Shown here in pieces: positions 10,072 to 18,503 of a stretch of 64,000 nucleotides of DNA (position 1 is the first letter of the stretch; every line of letters starts with the position of its first letter). The DNA is from Nitrospirota bacterium. Lineage in GTDB: Bacteria > JACPQY01. The stretch lies in the NCBI GenBank assembly GCA_016180645.1, contig JACPAV010000011.1:62001-126000 (forward strand), read 5' to 3'. Both the position numbers and the translations under genes were made by a program. The notes beneath the pieces were generated by a model. That model was not told the DNA's origin. It did no database searches and was given only the letters and a program-made list of their open reading frames with translations.

Positions 10072-11295
10072 TCAGCCGCCTTGTTCGGCTTTGGGATAGT
10101 CCACCAGCCGCCGCGCGATGACGATCCGCTGGATCTGTCCCGTCCCTTCCACGATATCCATGGCCTTGGCATCGCGGAAAAGCTTTTCCGCCAGATAGTC
10201 CTTCGAAACGCCGGCTTCGCCAACGATTTCCAGAGCGAACGTGCAGGCCTCAAGACACACGGGCGCCGAATAGGCCTTGGCCATCGAGGCCATGAGCGTG
10301 TTGGGCTCCCGCAGATCCGCCATCCAAGCCGCCTTCCAGCACATGAGCTTGGCCACTTCAATTCTGCGTTTCATCGTCGCCAACCGGTCCAACACGCGGT
10401 GGTAACGTGGAATCGGCCTTCCGGTCATGTAGTTCTGTTTCACAAAATCTCGCGCGTACTCGTAGGCCGCTCGCCCGATGCCTACGGCCATGGCGGCGAT
10501 GATGGGCCGGGACATATCGAACGACTTCATGGCCGAGACGAATCCTGCATTTCCTTGGTAGGCCGCCTCGCCTCCCAGGAGGTTCTCCCCCGGGATCCGG
10601 CAGTCGGAGAGCGAGAAAGTGGCCGTCTCATACGACACCAGCCCCATCTTCTTCTCCAATTTCGGCGTGCTGAAACCGGGCGTCCCCTTCTCCAACACAA
10701 ACGCCCGATGTCCCGCACGGCCCTGAGTTCGATCCACGGTCGCATAGACGACCACCCAGTCGGCCCGCGGCGAGTTCGAGCAAAAAGACTTCTCGCCGTT
10801 CAGAACCCAACCCTCGCCCTTCTTCTCGCATCGCGTGGCGATTCGGGCCACATCGGAGCCGGCCCCCGGCTCGGTCATGCCGAACGCCCCCCAGCGGGGC
10901 TTCGACTTGTCGCGAAAGATTCCCAGAAACCGTTCCTTCTGCTCGGGCGTCCCGATCTGCAGAATCGGAGGTCCTCCAAGGCCCGGACCCGGCAGCGAAA
11001 CCGCCATCCCTCGATCCCAAAACGAGCCCTCCTCCGCGCTCAATACGGCGGTCCGGATGGCCCAGCGCTCTTTTCCTTCCTTCGAGCGATCGTCAACAGG
11101 CGTTTCCTCGTCGAGCCGCCTAGCCATGAAGCCCATTTCCGCGATCATCTTGTAGAACGGGTGGTCGGGTGGATGCGGATGCCCCTGACGATCCGCCGCG
11201 ATTCCCAGCGGACGAAGATGCTCCTTCCCGAGCCAGCGGGTCATTTCGACGAAGTTCTGAAGTTTGGGGGGAATCTCCAGCGATTGCATAATCAT
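10072..11295 (-). CDS. Acyl-CoA dehydrogenase, catalytic subunit (FadE23-like)
   Basis: FGMTEPGAGSD, LNGEKSF, KMGL, DIVEGTGQIQR (catalytic Glu); ATG 11295 overlaps upstream stop. Confidence 0.92.
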   Translation of the reverse strand: MIMQSLEIPPKLQNFVEMTRWLGKEHLRPLGIAADRQGHPHPPDHPFYKMIAEMGFMARRLDEETPVDDRSKEGKERWAIRTAVLSAEEGSFWDRGMAVSLPGPGLGGPPILQIGTPEQKERFLGIFRDKSKPRWGAFGMTEPGAGSDVARIATRCEKKGEGWVLNGEKSFCSNSPRADWVVVYATVDRTQGRAGHRAFVLEKGTPGFSTPKLEKKMGLVSYETATFSLSDCRIPGENLLGGEAAYQGNAGFVSAMKSFDMSRPIIAAMAVGIGRAAYEYARDFVKQNYMTGRPIPRYHRVLDRLATMKRRIEVAKLMCWKAAWMADLREPNTLMASMAKAYSAPVCLEACTFALEIVGEAGVSKDYLAEKLFRDAKAMDIVEGTGQIQRIVIARRLVDYPKAEQGG

Positions 11296-12341
11296 GCCGC
11301 CTGAATCTGGAGAGCGAGAGCCCGGTCCGCGTCGGCCTGCGCCCCGTCGATTCCGCCAAGCAGAAGCGTGAGCGCCCGCGCCTCCCGCATCCATTTCTCG
11401 ACCGGATGGTCCCGCACGTACCCCGCGCTGGCCAGGAACTGAACGGCGTAGTTCGACACGAACAGCGCGCACTCGGCGGCCTGGAGGTAGGCCGAGTGCA
11501 ACTCGAAGGTCGAATCGGCACCCCGGTCCACATTCAATGCCGCCTCATGGACCAAGAGTCTCGCACCTTCTACGGCAATGGCCATGTCCGACAGCGTGAA
11601 CGCTACGGCCTGGTGGTGCGCCACTTTCTTTCCGAACGCGATGCGATCAAGGCAATACTGACGGGCGTACTCGTAGGCCGCCCGGGATAGTCCGAGCAGC
11701 ATGGCCGCGACGTGCAACCGCCACAGTCCGACCAGCTTCAGTGAAGCGGCCGGCTGAAGATTCATCACCCATTCCGCACGTCCCTGGATCTCCGCCCGCG
11801 AAGAGCCGAGGGCGTCCAAGGCCCCGGGAACGGTGGGTTCCAACTTGACGCCCGTCGCCAGCAGGACAAGCCGATCACCCTGGATGAGGAAGAGCGCATC
11901 GCAACGGTTTGCGGGAAGATATGGAATGACACCTGAAACCGTTTCTTGCCCCAGGTTCAGCCGCTCATCGAGGTCCACATACGTGGAAGGTACAAAACCA
12001 TCTCCCTGTTTCGAAGCGCGGGCAAGGATTCGCTCTGCCGGCTCACCCAAGTCCAGAGCGGAGGCACAGATCCACGAAACCCGATCCAGAGCCAGCCCAG
12101 CCGCGGCATCCCCCCACGCAATTTCTTCAAGGGCCATCATCTTGGTCAACCATCCCATGTGGGAACCACCCAGCTTCTCCGGCCACGCAAGCCCAAGAAA
12201 CCCCAAACCCTCGTACTGGCGCACGAGATCCGGGCTGACTCCGCTTTTTTCCGTCTCCCTAAGTCGGGCGCGCAGACTCGCGCCAAATCTCGCAGCCGAC
12301 TCAACCACCATCTTCTGCTCATCCGACTGAGTGAAATTCAT
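11292..12341 (-). CDS. Acyl-CoA dehydrogenase-like partner subunit (FadE24-like)
   Basis: C-terminal ACAD motifs RIAFGKKVAHHQAV and GYVRDHPVEKWMREA; degenerate N-terminus; no catalytic Glu. Confidence 0.85.
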   Translation of the reverse strand: MNFTQSDEQKMVVESAARFGASLRARLRETEKSGVSPDLVRQYEGLGFLGLAWPEKLGGSHMGWLTKMMALEEIAWGDAAAGLALDRVSWICASALDLGEPAERILARASKQGDGFVPSTYVDLDERLNLGQETVSGVIPYLPANRCDALFLIQGDRLVLLATGVKLEPTVPGALDALGSSRAEIQGRAEWVMNLQPAASLKLVGLWRLHVAAMLLGLSRAAYEYARQYCLDRIAFGKKVAHHQAVAFTLSDMAIAVEGARLLVHEAALNVDRGADSTFELHSAYLQAAECALFVSNYAVQFLASAGYVRDHPVEKWMREARALTLLLGGIDGAQADADRALALQIQAA

Positions 12342-12385
12342 TGCGGTTCAACCTCCTTCTTTCGCCTTACACCCGGCTCCTTGCG

Positions 12386-13450
12386 TCACAGATACGGCAT
12401 CACCTTCTCGGCATAGAGTTTCATGGATCTCTTGACCTGCTCGGAAGGCATGACGCCCATGTTGAACCCGCCGATAAAGAAATTAACCCCGGTCTCCACG
12501 CACGGCTTGAGCATGTCGATGACCCGCTTCGGATCACCGTACGCCAGCGGCGTCCGGGAAATATCCGTCATTTTGTCGAAGTCCATGTCCTCCATGCCGT
12601 ACTGGTCCAACGGTTTGTCCGAAGGCCACGTGTCCTGGATTTTCTTGCTGATGGTCTTGAACAGGTAGTCGCCTCCGTGGGCGAACGCCATCACGGTCTT
12701 GATGAAATAGTCCTGGGCGACCGCCTTCGCCCGCTTGTCGTCTTCATCCACGTAGATCCATTTGAAGAAGGGCTTCGTCGTGAGCGATCCGTTGCGCCCC
12801 GCCTTCTTGGCGACGTCCGCATGGATGTCGTAGCAGTGACTGATCTCATACGGAGTGAACCCGGCTCCCGGCACAATTCCGTAGCCTCGCTCCGCCGCCC
12901 AAACGATCTGTTCGTCCCGGGTGGTGGTGACGTAGACCGGAGGATGCGGCTTCTGGAAAGTCTGCGGACAGATGTGGAGATCGTGGATCTTGAAGAACTC
13001 ACCCTCGAAATCCACCTTCTCCTGGGTCCACGCCTGAACGCACACGTCGATCGCCTCCCGCATCATCTTCGCGTTGTTCTTGATGTCGCGCCCCCAGCCC
13101 GTGAATTCGTAGCCGCGATATCCGGAACCCACGGAGAAGACCATCCGGCCCTCGGAATACTGGTCGAGCATGGCCACGTTCTCCGCCAGCCGGATCGGGT
13201 CGGCCAGGGGAGCGACGATAACCATCGGCCACAGGAGGATCTTTTGTGTGCGGGCGGCCACCCACGATAGGTACAGTTCAACTTGCGGCATGATGCCGTA
13301 GTGCTCGCCGAAATGATGTTCGGCGGGACAGATCGCATCGAATCCCAGCTGCTCGCCGTAGACCGCCTCATCCACCGCCAGCCGGTAGGCCTTGTTCACG
13401 GAAATCTGACCGAGTGTTTCGAACAGATAAAACAGTCCGGAACGAATCAT
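12386..13450 (-). CDS. LLM-class (luciferase-like) flavin-dependent oxidoreductase/monooxygenase
   Basis: AEHHF, PIRLAENVAMLD, GSGYRGYEF, PQTFQKPHPP motifs. Confidence 0.92.
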   Translation of the reverse strand: MIRSGLFYLFETLGQISVNKAYRLAVDEAVYGEQLGFDAICPAEHHFGEHYGIMPQVELYLSWVAARTQKILLWPMVIVAPLADPIRLAENVAMLDQYSEGRMVFSVGSGYRGYEFTGWGRDIKNNAKMMREAIDVCVQAWTQEKVDFEGEFFKIHDLHICPQTFQKPHPPVYVTTTRDEQIVWAAERGYGIVPGAGFTPYEISHCYDIHADVAKKAGRNGSLTTKPFFKWIYVDEDDKRAKAVAQDYFIKTVMAFAHGGDYLFKTISKKIQDTWPSDKPLDQYGMEDMDFDKMTDISRTPLAYGDPKRVIDMLKPCVETGVNFFIGGFNMGVMPSEQVKRSMKLYAEKVMPYL

Positions 13451-14967
13451 GATGAACCTCCCATGGATTTCTCGAACCCCTGATATCGTTGTCTCAGCTC
13501 CTTCTTCAGCACCTTCCCCATCGGATTGCGGGGAAGCTCGGAAACGAAGACAACCCTTTTCGGCAACTTGTAGGCAGCCAGTCGGTCCTTCAGATGAGAT
13601 CGGAGTTCATCCTCGGACACGGGCTTCCCGCCCTTGACCGCCACAAAAGCCGTGACCATTTCGCCCAGTGTATCGTGGGCCAGACCGATGACGGCCGCCT
13701 CGCGAACGGAGGGATGTTCCAACAGAATACCTTCCACTTCCATCGTCGACACGTTATTGCCGCCTTGGATGATGATGTCTTTGATTCGATCCACCAGAAA
13801 CAGGTAGCCGTCCGCATCCAAGTAGCCTACGTCCCCCGTGTGCGTCCATCCCTCGCCATCCCACACGCGCGAGGTGGCCTCGCGATCCTTGAAATACTCC
13901 CGTGTCTTGACCCCCGGCATCCGCATCAGGATTTCGCCCGGTTGTCCCGGCGGCCGGTCGCGACCGGAGTCATCGACGATACGCACCTCGCACTCGCCCA
14001 CCGGCTTCCCCACGGAGTTGGGCTTCACGCGGTGGTCGCCCGGAAGAAGCATGCATGCGGCGCCGCCCGCCTCGGTCAGCCCGTAGATGTTGAAAATCAT
14101 CGCATTGGGGAACAGTTCGCCGATTCGCGTGACCGCCCAGGGTGGCATGGCCGCGGCGCCAAAGCTGACCGAAAACATGTGTGAGAAATCCCGCCGGTCC
14201 AGGTCCGGCACCTCCTTGAGGATTTTCAGCCACATGGGCGATACGGCATAACAGGTCGTCACACCACCCTTCTCCAGTTGGTCGACGTAGGTGTGCGGAT
14301 CAAACTTCTCCATCACGATATTGTGCATGCCGGCCCTTACGCAGAACACGAGGTAGGCTGCCCCCGCGAAGGTATGGATGGGAAGCGGATTCAGGAACGT
14401 TCTCCCTCCATAAAGCATCTCGAAGGCCGGGCTCACTTTCCCCACGATGTTCGCATGCGACGCCAAAACACCTTTGGGAGTACCGGTCGTTCCCGATGTG
14501 TAGATCAGTTCGGCGGGATCCGTTTCGGCCACACTCACCCGCGGCTGATCCGCGGATGCGGCGCCAAAGTCCTTGCGGATCGCTTCCAGATAGAGAACCC
14601 TCTCGCCGAAGGGTCGCAGGACCTCCCGCGCCGACTCGCCTGCCAAAATGAATCGGGCCCCGCTGTGTTCGACCAACTCGTTCATTTCCCGCGGGGTCAG
14701 CCGGGCATTCAGGGGCACGACCACTCCTCCCGCTTTCTGCACTCCAAAGTAACTCACCCCGTGCCACGGCGCCTCGGGATTGGTGAAACAGACTCCCACT
14801 CGATCCGATTTCCGAAGTCCCCGCTGAATCAGAACATTCGCCAGATGACTAGAATCGATTTCCATTTCGCGGAAGGTGACGCTCCACTTCCCCAGGACGC
14901 TGATGGCCTCCTGATTCGGCCGCCTTTTCGCCATTTCAGCTAGGAGGCCCGGCACCCAGTTGAGCAT
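13447..14967 (-). CDS. Acyl-CoA synthetase (AMP-forming, long-chain fatty acid-CoA ligase family)
   Basis: YTSGTTGTPKG, YGLTE, HTGDVG, DRIKD, GKVLK motifs. Confidence 0.95.
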   Translation of the reverse strand: MLNWVPGLLAEMAKRRPNQEAISVLGKWSVTFREMEIDSSHLANVLIQRGLRKSDRVGVCFTNPEAPWHGVSYFGVQKAGGVVVPLNARLTPREMNELVEHSGARFILAGESAREVLRPFGERVLYLEAIRKDFGAASADQPRVSVAETDPAELIYTSGTTGTPKGVLASHANIVGKVSPAFEMLYGGRTFLNPLPIHTFAGAAYLVFCVRAGMHNIVMEKFDPHTYVDQLEKGGVTTCYAVSPMWLKILKEVPDLDRRDFSHMFSVSFGAAAMPPWAVTRIGELFPNAMIFNIYGLTEAGGAACMLLPGDHRVKPNSVGKPVGECEVRIVDDSGRDRPPGQPGEILMRMPGVKTREYFKDREATSRVWDGEGWTHTGDVGYLDADGYLFLVDRIKDIIIQGGNNVSTMEVEGILLEHPSVREAAVIGLAHDTLGEMVTAFVAVKGGKPVSEDELRSHLKDRLAAYKLPKRVVFVSELPRNPMGKVLKKELRQRYQGFEKSMGGSS

Positions 14968-15395
14968 CAGGCGGTCCGGGTCGGTTTGAATTGGTGCAGG
15001 ACGATTCCGCCCTCGATCTCGATGAAATCGAGTTCAAGATCCTGCCCGATGGAGAGACTTTCGATCGGCGCGTCGACCTTTGAGAGGATGTGGCCCAGTC
15101 CCTCAATCTCCACTAGACCCAGGACGTCCGGTTTCATGAACCGCAAGGCCCGATCCTGCTGTGAAAAGGCGTAAAGTTTGGCCTTCCTGGGAAGATCCAC
15201 CCATTCCGTCTCGCGATGGCCGCACGCCGGGCAGAAATTGCGCGGAGGATAGTGAAGAGCAGCGCACTTCTTGCAGCGCGTGGATTTGAATTCCCGTGCT
15301 CTGAGATGGTCGAAGAACGTGTGAGTCGCCTCGTCCCCGTAGTGATCGAGTCCCAGCTTTCCCAAATTGGCGATGATGTCGCGAGGGTTGTCCAC
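14967..15395 (-). CDS. DUF35 Zn-ribbon/OB-fold protein (thiolase partner)
   Basis: CKKC...YPPRNFCPAC followed by OB-fold; GTG start just after the thiolase stop, with GGAGG RBS. Confidence 0.85.
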   Translation of the reverse strand: MDNPRDIIANLGKLGLDHYGDEATHTFFDHLRAREFKSTRCKKCAALHYPPRNFCPACGHRETEWVDLPRKAKLYAFSQQDRALRFMKPDVLGLVEIEGLGHILSKVDAPIESLSIGQDLELDFIEIEGGIVLHQFKPTRTA

Positions 15396-15397
15396 GT

Positions 15398-16612
15398 CTA
15401 CCGCCCTCCTTCCAGAATAAAAACCGATGAGCCGTTCAGCATCCCATGTTCTGCGTGAACGAGGGCTAGGTCCATATCCTTTCTCGTCGTTTGCAATTCG
15501 CCGCGCAAGGCCTTGGTCGCACCCCAGACCTCCATCATCGGGGTGGCTGCGGCGGGATGACCGAGTGAAAGGCGCGACCCCGAGGGGTCCACCCACACTC
15601 CCTTCCCGTCCGGCCCGATCGAACCGTCGGCAAATGCCTTCCACGCCTTGCCTCGCGGGAAAAATCCCATATCCTCAAGAATAATCAATTCCGTAGCAGA
15701 GAACACGCCGTATATTTCGGCCACGTCCATGTCCTTGGGTTTCACTCTCGACTGCTCGAACGCTTCGCGGCCCGCCCGCCGGATGCTTTCAAAAGTCGAA
15801 ATGGGCTTCGTGGTGGAGAAGAACGATGAAGGATCGTGCCACTCGCCCATGCCCACAACCCAGACGGGTCTCTTCTTCAACCTTTGCGCCACGTGGGGGG
15901 CTACCACCACGGCGGCCGCCGCTCCGGAAGCGAACGCTGAGCAATCAAGGAGGGTCAGCGGCGGGCAGATCATGGGGGATGCCGGCACGTCCTCGGGTTT
16001 CACCGGGTCATGAAACATCGCCTTGGGGATACGAATCGCATTCTCGCGCAGCAGCGCCGGTACCCAGTTAAGCTGCTCGCGGGTGACGCCCGTTTCGTGC
16101 ATGTCCCTCTGGGCGGACATCGCATAGTACGGGATGGGCGCCCCCAAGCCATACAATCCGTCGTAGGGTCCGTACACGGAAAAAAGCGAGGTGACCGTCG
16201 ACATCAGGAACTGGGCCATATCCATGCTGCCGTCCATCGAGGGTTCCATCCGGATATCGATGGCGCAGGCCACGCACACCTCGCAGCGTCCCGCCCTCAC
16301 CTCGTAGATCGCGTGACGGAACGCTTGGGCCGCCGTCGCCCCGCCATTCTCGATCATCGTCTCCACTTTGAGCGGCCGGCCGAAGAAGTGGCCCATGTGA
16401 TGGGCGTGCATGGCGTGGCTGAGCCCGGCGATGCCGGGCGGGGTAAACACCATGCCATCCACGTCGGTCAGCTTGAGCCCCGCGTCGTCCAGGGCCTCGA
16501 ACACCACGGCTTCGATTTCGTTCTTGTAGGGCCGCTTGAAATGTTTGGCGATCGCGCTCATGCCGACGCCCGCCACGGCGGCCTTCCGCGCGCGCTTGCC
16601 CCTACCGGCCAT
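15398..16612 (-). CDS. SCP2/Ltp2-type thiolase-fold protein lacking the catalytic Cys
   Basis: AVAGVG, ENGGAT (no Cys), LLDCS..ASGAAA, EIYGVF, GHPAAAT. Confidence 0.88.
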   Translation of the reverse strand: MAGRGKRARKAAVAGVGMSAIAKHFKRPYKNEIEAVVFEALDDAGLKLTDVDGMVFTPPGIAGLSHAMHAHHMGHFFGRPLKVETMIENGGATAAQAFRHAIYEVRAGRCEVCVACAIDIRMEPSMDGSMDMAQFLMSTVTSLFSVYGPYDGLYGLGAPIPYYAMSAQRDMHETGVTREQLNWVPALLRENAIRIPKAMFHDPVKPEDVPASPMICPPLTLLDCSAFASGAAAAVVVAPHVAQRLKKRPVWVVGMGEWHDPSSFFSTTKPISTFESIRRAGREAFEQSRVKPKDMDVAEIYGVFSATELIILEDMGFFPRGKAWKAFADGSIGPDGKGVWVDPSGSRLSLGHPAAATPMMEVWGATKALRGELQTTRKDMDLALVHAEHGMLNGSSVFILEGGR

Positions 16613-17348
16613 GTCGTTCCTCCTTCGCGTTCTCCTGACCCATCTTCTCCATTTCCTTCCGGATCGACCGCAACATCTTCCGCACGATCTTCCGATGCAT
16701 GACGCCGATGAGTTCGTTGGCGCTGCTCATGATCTCCCCCGCCACGGCGATCAGATCCTCCACCTTCATCTTGCCCACGACTCCCCGCACGGCCAACTCG
16801 ACCTCCCTCCGCGCCAGAGGTTCGAGCGCTTCCTTGTACATGCGCAGTTGTTCCACTTTGAAGCCTCGCTCCGGATTGAAGCCCGCCTTCCGCATTTTCA
16901 CCAGCAACCGCACGATCGCCGCGTCGTCGGCATCGTAGTAACGCTTCCCATCCCGCGCCTCCGGCTCCACCACGCCGATCCGCGCAAGACGTTTGATCTC
17001 CTCCGAAGAAAGGTGTCCCTCCTCAAGGAGTTTCTGCTCCTCCACCGGTTCGAAACGGGTGCCCGCCACCGGTCCCCGGAAAATATGGAAATACGCGCGA
17101 ATGTCGTTGAGGTCAGGCGTGTTCTTCATGATCCTGCGCACGACGTGAAGAGGCAGGAAGGCCTTCCCCTGAAGTTCCTTGATGAGCTTCACGCGCTCCA
17201 CCGTGCTGCGCTCGTAGTAGGCCATGTTCCGGCTTGTCTTGACGGGCTTCGGGAGCAGCCCCTGCTGCATGTAGAATTTGATGGTGCTCGGCGCGACGGC
17301 GGCCCGTCGGGCGATCTCGCTCATCTTGAGCCGCTCCTCTTGCAGCAT
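16602..17348 (-). CDS. MerR-family transcriptional regulator
   Basis: MSEIARRAAVAPSTIKFYMQQGLLP HTH plus a second degenerate MerR-like repeat. Confidence 0.88.
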   Translation of the reverse strand: MLQEERLKMSEIARRAAVAPSTIKFYMQQGLLPKPVKTSRNMAYYERSTVERVKLIKELQGKAFLPLHVVRRIMKNTPDLNDIRAYFHIFRGPVAGTRFEPVEEQKLLEEGHLSSEEIKRLARIGVVEPEARDGKRYYDADDAAIVRLLVKMRKAGFNPERGFKVEQLRMYKEALEPLARREVELAVRGVVGKMKVEDLIAVAGEIMSSANELIGVMHRKIVRKMLRSIRKEMEKMGQENAKEERHGR

Positions 17349-17376
17349 GTTGGAAGTACCACTTACTACTTCGTCG

Positions 17377-17431
17377 TTGACCTGTCAAGCCTCCGAAACA
17401 ATTTGACCCAAGGGGTCAAGCGCCGTATCGT
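17377..17431. promoter_or_regulatory. Divergent promoter/operator region with two TTGAC...GTCAA palindromes
   Basis: TTGAC-CT-GTCAA (17377-17388) and TTGACCC-AAG-GGGTCAA (17403-17419); TTGACC-N17-TATCGT on + strand. Confidence 0.5.
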
Positions 17432-17437
17432 GGCCTG

Positions 17438-17893
17438 ATGGAAAAGGGATCCGAGGGGGAGCGCCGGTACGTTCATATCACCAAGGGCTGCTTCGGCTGC
17501 GGCACGGAGAACCCAGCCGGCCTCGGACTCAAGCCGTATCACGACAGCGACGGCCTCATCGCCGAGTTCACCCCGAAACCGCAACACCGGGGTTTCACGG
17601 CCGTCGTCCATGGTGGGATCATCGCCTCGGTACTGGACGAGGTCATCACCTCTGCTGCGGCCGTGAAGATCGATGCCCTCGTAGCCACGGTGGCCATGGA
17701 GGTTCAGTTCCTTTCCGCCATGAAACTGGAAGGAACCTATTTGGTCAGAGGCCGCTACACGGGGGAGAAGGACAAGACCCACACGGCGGAGGGCGAGATC
17801 ACCGATTCCGAGGGTCGCCTCATCGCGCGCGGCCGAGGAAAGTTCCTCCCCCTCACGCCGGGCCGCGTGGAGAGATTTTTGTCAAACGGGTGA
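17438..17893 (+). CDS. PaaI-family (hotdog) thioesterase
   Basis: CFGCG.ENPAGL, VHGGIIASVLDE motifs. Confidence 0.9.
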   Translation: MEKGSEGERRYVHITKGCFGCGTENPAGLGLKPYHDSDGLIAEFTPKPQHRGFTAVVHGGIIASVLDEVITSAAAVKIDALVATVAMEVQFLSAMKLEGTYLVRGRYTGEKDKTHTAEGEITDSEGRLIARGRGKFLPLTPGRVERFLSNG

Positions 17894-17914
17894 GTGAGCC
17901 CGAGGTCGCACTCC

Positions 17915-18271
17915 TCAGGCCGCTTTCTGTTCCAGAAGCTCAACGCGGCGCTTGATCTCTTGGATTTCCCGGTTCTGCTTTTCCCGATCTTCCGCGATGA
18001 AGGTTGCAAGCTTTCGAAGGATGGCGGAATGTTCCTCCTGTTGTGCCTTCATGATGACCAGCTCTCGTTTGACGCCCGCAACTTCCTGCTTGACGCCCGC
18101 AACTTCCTGCTTGACCGAAGCAACTTCCTGCTTGACGCCCGCAACTTCCTGCTTGACGCCCGCAAGCTCCCGGGCCACCGAGTCCAGCTTCTCGACTTGT
18201 TTGCCGGTCAGATCGAGAATCTGCCGAAGATAGTCGTTCGCCAGATCGAGACCATTCCCTTTCTTGGGCAT
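17915..18271 (-). CDS. Small coiled-coil protein with heptad tandem repeats
   Basis: (VAGVKQE)n heptads encoded by a 21-bp tandem repeat. Confidence 0.7.
   Translation of the reverse strand: MPKKGNGLDLANDYLRQILDLTGKQVEKLDSVARELAGVKQEVAGVKQEVASVKQEVAGVKQEVAGVKRELVIMKAQQEEHSAILRKLATFIAEDREKQNREIQEIKRRVELLEQKAA
18069..18165. repeat. 21-bp coding tandem repeat, about 4.6 copies
   Basis: Unit TTGACGCCCGCAACTTCCTGC; third copy variant TTGACCGAAGCAACTTCCTGC. Confidence 0.9.
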
Positions 18272-18325
18272 GAGATGATACTACGCTAGGAGAGGCGCGA
18301 GGGCAAGGTGCCGACGGGAGCCAGC

Positions 18326-18490
18326 CACGGAGGGTGCGGCCCAGGACGGGCCGTACCCGGAGAAATGGCGCGACGGCAGGATGCTGTCGCCGACTACGCG
18401 GAGGGTGCGGCTACCGAGAGTTCCGTAGTTCCCGGGTAGGCGCAGGCTTTAGCCTGCGTCCGAAGCCGCACCCGTAAAGGGTGCGGCTAC
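18326..18490. repeat. Cluster of GTAG-type REP palindromes
   Basis: GTAGG-CGCAGGC-TTTA-GCCTGCG (18436-18458) facing CCGCACCC-GTAA-AGGGTGCGG-CTAC (to 18490); two extra partial GGAGGGTGCGG copies upstream. Confidence 0.75.
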
Positions 18491-18503
18491 CGAAGAGTCG
18501 ATC

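Noticed and set aside
9586-11304. 572-aa plus-strand ORF (and similar long ORFs 6480-7547, 28544-29917, 39424-40614, 50575-51906, 62792-63922)
   Set aside because: Antisense shadows of well-supported genes in high-GC DNA; no recognisable motifs
12386-13450. Bacterial luciferase (lux) system
   Set aside because: A single LLM gene without a luxAB pair or luxCDE; the context is catabolic
18069-18165. 21-bp repeats as a mini-CRISPR
   Set aside because: Head-to-tail units without spacers, in frame within a coiled-coil ORF
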